Source: Octopus sinensis
Taxonomy: Eukaryota
DNA length: 63,979 nucleotides
Reading direction: 5' to 3'
Assembly (NCBI RefSeq): GCF_006345805.1
Contig: NC_043001.1
Location: forward strand, 76,074,001 to 76,137,979
A model generated the notes under the pieces. That model saw only the letters and a list, made by a program, of their open reading frames with translations, did no database searches and was not told the DNA's origin. Positions 15,540-28,285 of this stretch are shown here, piece after piece; position 1 is the stretch's first letter; each line of letters begins with the position of its first letter. Position numbers and translations under genes: made by a program.

Positions 15540-15802
15540 TTGTACACATTTATACACACAGATGTGCAAATGTATATATAAAATATATTACAAAATAGAG
15601 AAATTGACATGGAATTCAGGAGATATCTTGTTAATCGTTAAGATCGTTTCGAATAATCTTGGTCTCTAGCGGGTGAGGTACTGTACAACAGGCTGTGGTG
15701 CATATTTCAGCGCACCTGTATCTCGTCATGTGACTTTACAAAAGGTACTTTGCTTAATAAACTGTGTCTCGGTTGGCTAGATTATAATGCATGAATATAT
15801 GT

Positions 15803-15901
<99 letters not shown>

Positions 15902-16135
15902 AATATTATTAATAGTTAGGGAATGTAATAATTCCAAGCTAAGGGGGGAAAAATTTCAGTTTAGCACACTAAATCAAAATTCACAATATATATATGTATA
16001 TAGAATTTAGAGACAAACCGCTATTTAGTTATTCCATCAATAGTGATAAGATATTATCTCTAATAACCACATAGAAATTAATTTAATATCTTATACTTAT
16101 TATTCTAAAAATCTCATAACAAATCAAACATTACA

Positions 16136-16252
16136 TTAACTACGCGCGTTTCATGACTAAATATATAAATCGATAATGTCAAAATTTAATTTTTAAAATT
16201 TAAAATTCACTATTAATTCAATTTAGAAATATTTAGCCACTCTTCACGTCAA
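16136..16252 (-). ncRNA. Hammerhead-like motif with C3G core change and long stem II
   Basis: Minus strand reads TTGAC-GTGAAGA-GTGGCTAAATAT...ATATTTAGTCAT-GAAA-CGCGCG-TA-GTTAA: 12-bp stem II and palindromic stem III. Confidence 0.62.
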
Positions 16253-16886
16253 AAAACTAACATAAATAAATTTAGATATTATAATAAAACAATATTAATG
16301 TAAAGCAAAAACATGACTTACCTTATTGATGAAAACCAGTCTCTAAATTATATATATATATGTTGTGAGTATGTGTCTTGAGGTGTGGATTGCTAAATTA
16401 AAGAAGTCAACCATACTACCATATTTCAAAATACCCCTTGACCTTACGTCAACAATAGCGTGATTACAGCCCAATTTAGCCGGTTTCAATTCCGGTTTTA
16501 AACCAATTACACATCGCTTAGATAACTTACCACTGTTTATTAAAAAAGTAACATAACATGAAAAACTTCTATCCTTCAAATTATATGACCTTGAGCTTAA
16601 TAATAAATCAATATTACAATAAATAAATGATATTTCAGATGTCGCGTTGTAATTGCATACGTTGTTTATTTAGCTGTCTAGCGTTTCGGTTTCAATCTAA
16701 GTATGTTTCATTTACATGTTTTTAACGTTCATTACACATAGATTTTTTAGTATCCGGTGTCAACTTCTTTATGCTACTTTATAATGTATGTATGAATAAA
16801 TATACTTACAACGGTTGTATGCATATATATATATATATTATATATTATATATAATATATATATATATATATAAATATATATATATA

Positions 16887-16921
<35 letters not shown>

Positions 16922-17479
16922 ATATATATATATATATATGCATACACACACACACACGTATTAGTGTATATTGTATATGAATGTAAGCATACACGAATCT
17001 AAATTCTGTGTGTGTATGCCTGTGTGTGTGTGTAAATGCAAATTTGAAATTCATGTTTATGCTACAATAAATGTTTCAACATTTACAGATACAGACACAC
17101 ACGCACATTTATACATCCAATCTATATGTACACACACACACACACACATACATACACAAATTCCTATACGTATGTATATATATATATACACACACTAAAT
17201 AGGGAGAAAAAGAGAGAGAGAGATGTAGCATATATACATATATATATACATGCTTAATTCATATACATACATACACATATACATATGTATATATATATAT
17301 ATATATATGCCTGAGTGTATATATGTGTGTGCGTATGCGTGCACGTGCGTGCGTGTGTGTGTGAGTGTGCAGTATTACGCTTACAAGTGAGCGCACTGTT
17401 TGCTGCTAATTATGTTACATGCACGAGTATAGTGTTTGCTTTCATGAATATGTACACATGTTCCCTAGTTCTGGTTCTG

Positions 17480-17645
17480 GTTCTGATGATGACAACGGCG
17501 GTGTTGGCGTGTATAATGACATCGACCGTGACCACCGCCAACATGAAGGTTATGACGACGAAGACGACGACGAAGACGACGACGATGACAATGATGGTGA
17601 TGATGATGATGATGATGAGGAGGAGGAAGGAGGAGGAGGATGATT

Positions 17646-17679
<34 letters not shown>

Positions 17680-17918
17680 CGTGGATGATGACGACAATAG
17701 TCATCACGGACATGATGAGGAGGAGGAGGGGGATTACGACGACGACGATGATGATGACGATAACAATAATGATGATTTTGATGATGATGATGATGAAGAT
17801 GATCAGCAGCAGCAGCATGAAGAAGAAGAAGAAAATGAAGAAGAAAATGAAGAAGAAGAAGAAGAAGAAGAAGAAGAAGAAGAAGAAGAAGAAGAAGAAG
17901 AAGAAGAAGAAAGAAGAA

Positions 17919-17966
<48 letters not shown>

Positions 17967-18223
17967 AATGATGATGATGTTGCTGCTACTGATGGTGATG
18001 ATGATGATGATGATGATGATCATGATCATGTTGATTAAGACAATTATGAGCCTGCGGTGACTAGAAATGTGGCGCAGTTGGATTTTAACAGTTATTTTGA
18101 TACGTTGCAGGGGACAGGCTATTGATGACGAAAGTGATGATGACGATGATGGTGATGCTAATGGTGGGGGCGGTGATTCAGGGAGCGGCGGTGTAGGGGC
18201 GGTGGTGTGGGTGCTAGTGTTGG

Positions 18224-18257
<34 letters not shown>

Positions 18258-18280
18258 GGTGTTAGTGGTGGTGGTGAGTT
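17480..18280. repeat. Compound trinucleotide microsatellite (GAC/GAT/GAG/GAA/GGT)
   Basis: Seen directly; it generates the poly-D/E ORFs. Confidence 0.9.
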
Positions 18281-18556
18281 GGAAAATATTTAATTTAGCA
18301 TGTTTCTTTGTTGGCTAATTGAAAATGTTCTCAGTGTGATACAAATATGCGCCATATTGTAACATGTAGTATTACATCATAAAAAATATATTTTTAAAAA
18401 ACTCCACATGAAAAAATGTGCTCCTCAGTAATTGCTCTCAGATTGTCTCTCAACTGGATCTTATGTATCCACACTGCGTCTACACGATGCTGTTATTAAT
18501 TTTGTTGTTACTGTAGTTTGTCGTTGATGTCACTCCTTTCTCTCTCTCTCTCTCTA

Positions 18557-18608
<52 letters not shown>

Positions 18609-18609
18609 A

Positions 18610-18640
<31 letters not shown>

Positions 18641-18709
18641 GTATATTAGATATATATATATATATATTATATATATATTATATATATATGTATATATTAT
18701 ATATCTATA

Positions 18710-18740
<31 letters not shown>

Positions 18741-18950
18741 CATGCATTATATATATATATATATATACAAAGTCTGCCAAAATAAAGGCACAATTCTGTA
18801 TAAATATTAACTTGTTTAATATAACTACCTCTATAAATATAAATACCTCTTTCGATGTTTTATCAAACTGCAATAACACTGAATAAAAATATTTATACAG
18901 ACTTTTCCTTTCCTGAAGTGTTTATATATTTTGTGGGTGGACTCTGTATG

Positions 18951-18982
<32 letters not shown>

Positions 18983-19033
18983 TGTATGTATGTATGTATG
19001 TATGTATGTATGTATGTATGTATGTATGTATAT

Positions 19034-19448
19034 AGGCGCAGGCGTGGCTGTGTGGTAAGTAGCTTGTTTACCAACCACATGGGTCCGGGTTCAGTCCCAC
19101 TGCGTGGCACCTTGGGCAAGTGTCTTCTAATATAGCCTCGAGCCGACCAAAGCCTTGTGAGTGGATTTGGTAGACGGAAACTGAAAGAAGCCCATCGTAT
19201 ATATGTATATATATGTATGCGTGTCTATGCTTGTGTGTCTGTGTTTGTCCCCCTAGCATTGCTTGACAACCGATGCTGGTGTGTTTATGTCACCGTTACT
19301 TAGCGGTTCGGCAAAAGAGACCGATAGAATAAGTACTGGGCTTACAAAAGAATAAGTCCCAGGGTCGAGTTGCTCGATTAAAGGCGGTGCTCCAGCATGG
19401 CCGCAGTCAAATGACTGAAACAAGTAAAAGAGTAAAAGAGTAAAAGAG
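19034..19448 (+). mobile_element. tRNA-derived SINE, family A (other full or partial copies near 22443-22855+, 49785-50185+, 37960-38315-, 14320-14660-, 27706-27830-, 31730-31850+, 34262-34430+)
   Basis: A-box TGGCTGTGTGG and B-box GGTTCAGTCC, internal microsatellite, AAAAGAGT tail. Many near-identical dispersed copies. Confidence 0.85.
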
Positions 19449-20193
19449 TATGTATGTATGTATGTATGTATGTATGTATGTATGTATGTATGTATGTATG
19501 TATGTATGCATGTATGCATGTATGCATGTATGCATGTATGTATGTATGCATTTATGTATGTATGTATGTATATAATTCAAATCAGTTTGATTCGGATTCC
19601 ATGCTACTTCAAATTTCGAACGCCCAAACGGAGCCTTTCTCGTTAGGGTAGTAATAATATGATTATCACCACACTGAGGAGAAAGTCTCCGTTAGGTTCT
19701 TCGAAACTTAAGGTAGCATGGAATCCGAAGCATACTGTTTTGAATAATACATGTGACTCCCAATAAATGTGTTGCATACCGCTTCTTTCGTTTATCCACT
19801 CACTCATACACATATAAATGAGAGAGAGTGAGACAGTCACCAGATAGCGACAAAGGACTATATATATATAGATATATATATATATATAATATATATATAT
19901 ATATATTATATCAACAATTGAGGGTAAAATTAATTAATTAATCAATTTCACCAAGTGTTCAGTATGTAAAAGGACCATTTAAGGCGAATTCAAAATATTA
20001 CATTATATAATTAGGGCTTAGTAAAATAAATTACTTTGCCACATCTGAACTTAGTAGAAATAGATAGCAGCCAAACAAAAATTTTCTTAGCATTTCTACT
20101 ACTTAAAGAAAATTTCTCTCAGATAAGTTTACTCCAGACAGCTCACGAAGGTTTGGGGGTAAATACAGAAAAATATCACAAGTACATAGATCG

Positions 20194-20253
20194 TTGAGTA
20201 CGTCATGTTTCAAGATTAGCCAAATAAATCAGCATTTCTTTCGTCAGCTCAAA
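20194..20253 (-). ncRNA. Hammerhead ribozyme, inverted copy of 20346-20409 with slightly degenerate stem III
   Basis: Reverse complement reads TTTGAG-CTGACGA...GAAA-CATGACG-TA-CTCAA. Confidence 0.65.
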
Positions 20254-20345
20254 ATTCTTAATTTGGATTTGGAAACACTGAAGCGACCAGTTCGCTGATA
20301 GGTAAAGTTCCTTCTTTTTAGTGTTTCCAAATCCAAATTAAGAAA

Positions 20346-20409
20346 TTTGAGCTGACGAAAGGAAATGCTGATTTTATTTGGCTAATCTTGAAACGTTGAC
20401 GTACTCAAA
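20346..20409 (+). ncRNA. Minimal type I hammerhead ribozyme (PLE pLTR type)
   Basis: TTTGAG-CTGACGA-stem II-GAAA-CGTTGACG-TA-CTCAAA: 6-bp stem I, intact core, near-palindromic stem III, GUA cleavage triplet. Confidence 0.8.
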
Positions 20410-20905
20410 CGATCTATGTACTTGTGATATTTTTCTGTATTTACCCCAAAACCTTCGTGAGCTGTCTGGAGTAAACATTATCTGAGAGAAATTTTCTTTA
20501 AGTAGTAGAATGCTAAGAAATTTTTTTTTGGCTGCTATTTCTACTAAGTTCGTATGTGGCAAAGTAATTTATTTACTAAGCCCTAATTATAATGTAATAT
20601 TTTGAATTCGCCTTAAATGTCCTTTTTACATACTGAACACTTGGTGAAATTGATTAATTAATTAATTTTACCCTCAATTGTTGATATTATAATTCATTTC
20701 TCTCGGTCATACTGCCTCGGTTCTCGCGGTTAAAATATAATGTTTGCTAGATAGACCACGTGGGTGGAATGGGGAGTGCAGAATTTTACGCCTGCGCATT
20801 TTGAATATGTTGACACTGTTAGTTGGAGTGGTTCATCTGAAGCGACAAGTTCGCTGATAGGTAAAGTTCCTTCTTTTTAGTGTTTCCAAATCCAAATAAA
20901 GAAAT

Positions 20906-20968
20906 TTTGAGCTGACGAAAGAAATGCTGATTTTATTTGGCTAATCTTGAAACGTTGACGTACTCAAA
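20906..20968 (+). ncRNA. Minimal type I hammerhead ribozyme, direct-repeat copy of 20346-20409
   Basis: Same TTTGAG-CTGACGA...GAAA-CGTTGACG-TA-CTCAAA motif. Confidence 0.8.
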
Positions 20969-21149
20969 CGATCTATGTACTTGTGATACTTTTCTGTATT
21001 TATCCCCAAACCTTCGTGAGCTGTCTGGAGTAAACATTATCTGAGAGAAATGTTCTTTAAGTAGTAGAAATGCTAAGAAAATTTTTTTTGGCTGCTATTT
21101 CTACTAAGTTCAGTATGTGGCAAAGTAATTTATTTTACTAAGCCCTAAT

Positions 21150-21183
<34 letters not shown>

Positions 21184-21232
21184 CGTTATATATTTATATA
21201 GAAAGGCTTACCATTATATACATACATACATT

Positions 21233-21264
<32 letters not shown>

Positions 21265-21291
21265 TGTATGTATGTATGTATGTATGTATGT

Positions 21292-21349
<58 letters not shown>

Positions 21350-21809
21350 GTGTGTGTGTGTGTGTGTGCGTGTGTGTGTGTGTGCGTGTGTGTGTGTAAA
21401 TTAAAAAGGATGGTTTACCTACAATTAGAAGCTAAAGGCAAAACTAATAGAGGTCACAAAAGTGACAAGGAGTACTGACTAGTACCGCTTTTGCTAAAGA
21501 TAAAAAGCCACAAAATCACTGTTTTAATGACTGACAAAGGGAGGTAAGTCCCCAGCGTAAAAGTGAAAACAATAAATTAAAAAGGGTATCTCACTTTGTC
21601 AATAATTAAGACAGTGATTTTGTGGCTTTTGAGTTATTTTATCTTCAGTTTGCTGACCTCTATAAATATGCCTTTAGGTTTTAATTGCTAATAAGCCACC
21701 TTTCTTAATTTTTTGTGTACACTTTTACCGTTTTGAAAATTTGCACACATTTTCAACAATTTTCTTATAAAACTGACGAAGGTAGTTGAGTTTAACACTA
21801 GGCGTTAAG

Positions 21810-21864
21810 AGCCGCTGATGAGATTTAGATGGTCGACATCAAAATTCGAAATCATGATCCGGCT
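21810..21864 (+). ncRNA. Minimal type I hammerhead ribozyme
   Basis: AGCCG-CTGATGA-GATTTAGATG(GTCGA)CATCAAAATTC-GAAA-TCATGA-TC-CGGCT: perfect 5-bp stem I, intact core, palindromic stem III, AUC site. Confidence 0.82.
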
Positions 21865-22131
21865 ATGACAGTGATTTTGTAACTTTTGAGTTATTTTAAA
21901 TCTTATCTTTAGCAAAAGCGGTGCTAGTCAGTACCCTCTATCACTTTTGTGTCATTTCGAGTTTCATAGCCAGCCGCCAACATTTTTTTCTGTAAAATAG
22001 GAGTAGCTTATCCTGTTCAGGCTATATTATTGGCATTATCCTGCGTTTGAGAATTTTTTTAAAAATCACATCTCAACGCTTCTAAAGCAAACTTCGTTCG
22101 TTTGTTTACGTTCATCGTAATTCGAACTTAT

Positions 22132-22178
<47 letters not shown>

Positions 22179-22193
22179 CATTATATATATAAT

Positions 22194-22258
<65 letters not shown>

Positions 22259-22359
22259 ATATTAATTAGAGACAAAACCACTATTATGCAAATCAAACAG
22301 AGAAAGACTTAATCCAATACATAAAAAATTTTTTATATAAATTAAATAAAATTAAATTC

Positions 22360-22407
22360 GCCACTACAATTGTTTCGTGTCTCTTCTAAGGACATTCATC
22401 AGGTGGT
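22360..22407 (-). ncRNA. Minimal type I hammerhead ribozyme
   Basis: Minus strand reads ACCAC-CTGATGA-ATGTC(CTTAGAAGA)GACAC-GAAA-CAATTG-TA-GTGGC, with CCAC/GTGG stem I and palindromic CAATTG. Confidence 0.78.
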
Positions 22408-23669
22408 ATTCAGATCTTCTATTCAATTTTAAGTTATATATATAGGAGTGGCTGTGTGGTAAGTAGCTTGCTAACCAACCACATGGTTCCGGGTTCAGTC
22501 CCACTGCGTGGCATCTTGGGCAAGTGTCTTCTGCTATAGCCCCGGGCCGACCAATGCCTTGTGAGTGGATTTGGTAGACGGAAACTGATAGAAGCCTGTC
22601 GTATATATGTATATATATATATATGTGTATGTGTGTGTTTGTGTGTCTGTGCTTGTCCCCCTAGCATTGCTTGACAACCGATGCTGGTGTGTTTACGTCC
22701 CCGTCACTTAGCGGTTCGGCAAAAAAGACCGATAGAATAAGTACTGTGCTTACAAAGAATAAGTCCCGGGGTCGATTTGCTCGACTAAAAGGCGGTGCTC
22801 CAGCATGGCCGCAGTCAAATGACTGAAACAAATAAAAGAGTAAAAAAGAGTAAGAGTATCTGTTTAGGTTGGGACAAACGTGCAAGTAATGCTCTGTGAG
22901 ATTCTCCGAGTTCAACTAGTCCTTCGGGTGTGTCTCTTCAAATAATTATAAAACAACGTATTTTCTGACACAGAGGTCGACGTAGCATATACTAACAGTA
23001 CTACTCATGAAAGTGCATGGTCAATTGATTAGGGTGTTTGTACTCGCAATTTCACAATCATTGGTTCGATTCTTAAAGAGTCGTGTGGTATCCCTGAACG
23101 TGGTATTCATTTTTTCATTGCTCCAGTCTAGTTAACTGGTGTAACTCTATCTCTCTCCGGTTGTCACATCATTTGCATTCCTCTGGTGTTGTGTTTGTAG
23201 CTGCTCACAACTTTATCATCCTCATTATCAACAGCCCCTGGACATTACTGTTTCAAGTCCTAGAACTCATGGGGCATGTTTCCCTCCGAGTGGGACGCCA
23301 ATTCGTCGTAGGGCTACCCATTTACAAATGAGTTGACTGAGTTCACTTGCCTCAAGAATACAACACACCGCCCTGTCTGGAAATCGAAATCACAATCATG
23401 CCACTGGGAGTGCAACAGCCAAACAATTATGCCACGCGCCTTTGCTTCACTTTATGTAGATACAATATAAATAGCAATTAGCGAATGCGTGATACAAACT
23501 GCCAAGAAGTTATTCTCTCTCTCTTTCTCTCTATCCCTCTCAGTCTCTCTTTCGCTTTTTACCTCTCTCTCTTTTTCTCTCCCTCTCATTCTCTCTTTCT
23601 CTCTCTTTCTTACATCTAAATACTTAACACTTTCACTACTACTACTACCTATTTTTCTGTGTGTTTCAG

Positions 23670-24308
23670 GCACGTTAGCGGTGATTATCGGAGCCTTCAA
23701 AGACAATAAAGTTCAAATTGATCTGCAAGAAGGAATTGTGAGTGGTTACAGTCCTGATGTGGAGTTCCTCACTTCTCCAAAAGAATCAACAAACGATCGA
23801 TGCACCAGCCAAGCAGTAATCAAAGTAGATTTATCGGGAAAATATCGAAGCGTTAGCCTCTATCTGGAATATGGTGAAACTCCAAAACAATGGACTTTAG
23901 ATATATCAGATTCTGCAACTGGAAATGGTTATGGTGGCGACAATGGCACCACTGGTAATATGGCCGAAGTACATATTTGCAATAAACAGCTACGTATTTA
24001 TGGTAACAATTTACCAGGTTATATGGACGCCTCTGAAAATGGCGGCCTGCTTATGAAAGTAGTTGATAACTTTGTGAAAAAAGGTGCTAAAGTCAATGTA
24101 AACATCAGCGATGAAAGTGTTGAGTGGTCACGTGGCAGGAAGCACGGTCATCTTAAATCTGAGTATCTTTTTACTCTAAATGGCCAAAAACCTTCTTACG
24201 GAAGTGTGGATTACAATATCTATATTGCATTCAATCGTGTTGTGGCAGGAGCTTACCGCAATGGCAGCGGACTATGCAAAGCAACGATTCTCTTACAAGA
24301 CACACCAG
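23670..24308 (+). CDS. Internal coding exon (213 codons, phase 1-1) of a probable secreted/extracellular protein; beta-rich domain with WTLDISDS..GNGYGGD.G and YIAFNRVV...R.GSGLC motifs
   Basis: Long pyrimidine-rich tract ending tttcAG (23668-23669). Open, complex frame xTLAVIIGAFKDNKVQIDLQEG...GSGLCKATILLQDTP. Donor GTTAGT at 24309. Length 639 is divisible by 3. The first ~60 aa of the 274-aa ORF call are translated intron (CT repeat). Confidence 0.85.
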
Positions 24309-26257
24309 GTTAGTAGATTTATTAGTTTCACTGTTGATGTATTTGTTTAAAAATATTATTGTGGAGGCTTTATTTTTTGTTAAATTCTTTTCATCGAAAA
24401 TCATTGTTTAACAATAGAAAAGTGCTGTTTTTAAATTAACTTTTGTTTTGTGTTTATAAAATACACCAGTTTAGCTCAATTTAATGTATTTATTTATAGT
24501 TATTGTTTTATCTCCTCATGTTAAATATTTTACTCTATTCAATCAAAAAAAAAGCATTATTTAAAAATAGAAATGTTTTGTTTATCTTTTCTTAAATCAT
24601 CTTTTGTTCTGTATTATTTGTTGTTATATTTCAAATTATCGTTTAAGTCATGAAAGATTAAAAATAAATTATTTTTAACGGTGGAACTCGAACTAGATAA
24701 AGCTATAAACAATAGCTGTTATAGATAACAGACTGTAGAATATCTTTCGCAGTTTCTAAATTTTTATATCAACAACGTGAAATTCAAACTGGGGAGAACA
24801 AAGCTTCTAGAATGGACAAAGGAAATTCCAAGGGTTGCTTTAGTATAATGCTCTAACGGCTGTCATGTTTACAGAAGATTTGGGTTCGATTCTGGCGGGC
24901 AGCATTTGTCTTTTTCCATACAAGGAATTTTTAAACAGTATTCTGCAGGCTATCATTTGTAGCTATTTATTTAGTTCCCTCGTTAAAATAACGATTTATT
25001 TCAAATCTCACGTAGCTCTAAATCGTCATTATGTAGACAATATGTAATCCTCGCTAGTAAGAACAATGCTTCCCAAATAAACGGGAACCCAAATTCGAAA
25101 GGTTGCTTTGGTATAACGGTTAAACAGAATATTTAGGTTATCTACTTCAAACTCAGGCCGTCAAAAACAGTTTATTTGAAATTATTATATCTGTTAGTAA
25201 ATATTTGCTTCTTCGATTATCGAAACATATGTAAATGTGAAGGGGATTATGGTATTAGACGTAGTGAACGAGAGCGACAGAGTGCACGAAATTATTCGTT
25301 TCTAAATAATGCTCTTCACTTTTGATTTCATTATTTTCTTATTCTCCACACGCACACATGCACACAAACACATCTACTCACACTGTAACAAAAAAAACCC
25401 GCACGCACAAAACAAGTCACACACATAGCCACACGTGATTAAAGCTATTCTTTTATGATTTTCGGTTTAATTTTTGTAATAAATTGATTTCATGGTATAT
25501 TGTCAAGGTACATGGCCTAGTGGTATGGAGGCTAGCTCGCATGATCATAAAGTCGTGGTTTCGATTCCCGGACTTGGCGGAGCGTTGTGCTTCTGAGCTA
25601 AACACTTCATTTTCCGTTGCTCCAATCCAGTCTCCTCTAAACAAGTTCTTACAACAACTATAAAGTCCATCCTGTAAAGGACAGGTGTCCTTTCCATGGC
25701 GGGGGTGCTTGATCTCAGCCTACACTACAAAGGACGAATACCCTAACCAACAACAATAATAATAAAGCATTCAACTAGTATCTACTTAATTATCTAATTA
25801 ATTATGTAACAAATCAATCTAAAAATATTTCATTTGTAATTTTCTATACACGGAGGCGCGTAGCTTAGTGGTTAGGGTGTTAAACTCATGATCGTAAGGT
25901 TGTGGTTTCGATTCCTGTTCCGAGCGATGCGTTGCGTTCTTGAGCAAAACACTTCATTTTACGTTTCTCCAGTCCACTCAACTGGCAAAAATGAGTAATA
26001 GTGCGACAGGCCGGCATCCCGTCCAGGTGGGAAATTTCTACGCCACTGAAACTGGGAAACCGGCCCTTATGAGCCTGGTGTAGCTCAAGAAGGAACATTT
26101 TTTTATTCATTTTTTTTATTTCCTATAATGTCCTTAATGTCTTGGGACATTGCAGATATGCTTCTTCTTCTTCTTCTTCTTCTTCTTATTATTATTATTA
26201 TTATATTATTATTATTATTATTATTATTATCATCATCATTATCATTGTAATTATTAT

Positions 26258-26292
<35 letters not shown>

Positions 26293-26483
26293 AGGCGGTG
26301 AGCTGGGAGAAACGTTAGCACACCGGGCGAAATGCTTAGCGGTATTTCGTCTGCCGCTACGTTCTGAGTTCAAATTCTGCCAATGTCGACTTTGCTTTTC
26401 ATCCTTTCGGAAACACTTGGGTCGATACAATCGATTAGTCCCCTTCCCCCAAAATGTCCGACTTTGTGCTTATAGTAGAAAGG

Positions 26484-26546
<63 letters not shown>

Positions 26547-27254
26547 GCCTTTGCACAGCTTCTAACACTGGGATGTACTACGGTGTCAGCTGTTCACTGC
26601 CAGTGATCTAAGGTAACACCTCAAAGTTTTCGAGCACCTTCCGGAGTATTCGAGCGGTTCCAAGCAGTGCTGTTTTCTGCAAGTGTTCCACCCTTATTGC
26701 AGTCCCTGTTTGTTCCATGTACTTCTCGAGATTTTACTCACTCTTCTCAGGGCTCCGACAATTATTGGTACCACTACCACCTTTTTCATCGACCACAACT
26801 ACTTTACCTCCCAAGCTAACCTGTCATATCTCTCGACTTTCCTTTCTTCTTTATCGCATACCTTGTTGTCAGCTGAGCATGCTATATCTATGATCCAGCA
26901 TAGTTTACTTTCTTTCTCAATTAAGTCTATGTCTGGCTTCCTATTTTCTATCTCAATGTCGCACAGAGTTTTAAAATCTCACAGAATATTTTCAATATCA
27001 TTTTCGATGATGCCTTCGGGTTTGTGGTCGTACCAATATTTTTCTCTGTCAGGACCATACTTGTTACAAAGCGTCCAATGGACAAGCCTTGCTACATTGT
27101 CGTGGCGCCTCTTATATTCCATCTGGGCTAGAGACGTACATTGGTTGGTAATATGCCATACGGTTTCACCATTTTGTCCACAGATTCTGCACTTATCACT
27201 TTCTGATGTGTTGTCTACTCTGTATTTTATGTAGTTTGTTCTTAGTGCTTGCTC
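26547..27254 (-). mobile_element. 3' end of an R4/Dong-like non-LTR retrotransposon (CCHC + RHD + restriction-like endonuclease), pseudogenised
   Basis: Minus-strand translation EQALRTNYIKYRVD...CRICGQNGETVWHITNQC...YKRRHDNVARLVHW...RKPDI...LQKTALLGTARILRKVL, with at least one in-frame stop. A short 3' UTR runs into (TAA)n. Confidence 0.85.
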
Positions 27255-27674
27255 TCAAATTCCTAGCTGTCCCCAGCAGAGCAGTATTTTGGGCTTGCTC
27301 TGTTCTCATGTCAATTCCGATTTCTCTGACATATTTCTCGAACTAGGTTGTTAGTGCTCTGAGTACCCCTCCAACTACTCTCCTCATTGTCCACATTTTT
27401 GTTATTTTATCTTTTAATAGTCTGTATTTTACAATCTGTTCTAGTCCTTTGTCACTTATTCGTGCATCCTCAGGTATTACAATATCTATAAATTTGGTTT
27501 CCTTTTTTCCTTTATCTACCACAAAAATATCTGATCTCCGAGCATCGGTTAGGGAGTCACATTGGATTGTAAACTCTCACAGCATCTTATATTCCTAGTT
27601 CTCGGTGACACTTTCTGGTTCATATTCGTGCCATTTCTGTGCTCTGTCCAGGCCGTACGTTTCACATAGCCTCC
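27255..27674 (-). mobile_element. Older, related R4/Dong-like endonuclease fragment
   Basis: RLCETYGLDRAQKWHEYEPESV...RRSDIFVVDK...FIDIVIPED...QNTALLGTARNLR, with several stops. Confidence 0.75.
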
Positions 27675-28240
27675 TCCTAATCATCATCATCATTATTATT
27701 ATTATACTCTTTTACTCTTTTACTCTTTTACTTGTTTCAGTCATTTGACTGCGGCCATGCTGGAGCACCGCCTTTAGTCGAGCAAATCGACCCCGGGACT
27801 TATTCTTTGTAAGCCCAGTACTTATTCTAAGTGACGGTAGTGGTAGTAGTAGTAGTAGTAGTAAGTAGTAGTAGTAGTAGTAGTGTAGTAGTAGTAGTAG
27901 TAGTAGTAGATCAAAATTAAAAGAAGAGTGCCATTGTTATCTAGTGAACGATATTTCGACATCTTGTGTGTCTTCAACTGGATCAAAAAATAAATTTGTC
28001 AATCTGCTTCATTTTGGTTAAATATATAAAGGATTGGGGAAACTCCTCCTGAAGATATAGAGTCAAAATTAAAAGAAGCGTGTTATCTATTCATATTTTA
28101 ACCAAAATGAAGTAGATTGACAAATTTATTTTTTGATCCAGTTGAAGACACACAAGATGTCGAAGTATCGTTCACTAGATAACAATTGCACTCTTCTTTT
28201 AATTTTGACTCTATATCTTCAGGAGGAGCTACTTTAGTCC

Positions 28241-28285
<45 letters not shown>

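Larger units (their letters stand above)
19909..21155. mobile_element. Non-coding Penelope-like pLTR structure: inverted arm plus tandem direct repeat, in (TA)n
   Basis: About 19909-20279 is the reverse complement of about 20320-20686. About 20278-20590 is repeated directly at about 20837-21155. It carries three hammerhead copies and is flanked by TA repeats. Confidence 0.7.

Noticed and set aside
17315-18038. Acidic poly-D/E ORFs that might suggest a biomineralisation protein
   Set aside because: Compound trinucleotide microsatellite open in several frames, with no credible splice sites or complex sequence.
23489-23669. Hydrophobic N-terminal part of the 274-aa ORF as a signal or transmembrane segment
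   Set aside because: It is the CT-rich intronic tract upstream of the splice acceptor.
26683-27234. 183-aa + strand ORF
   Set aside because: It is the antisense shadow of the minus-strand R4/Dong-like fragment.
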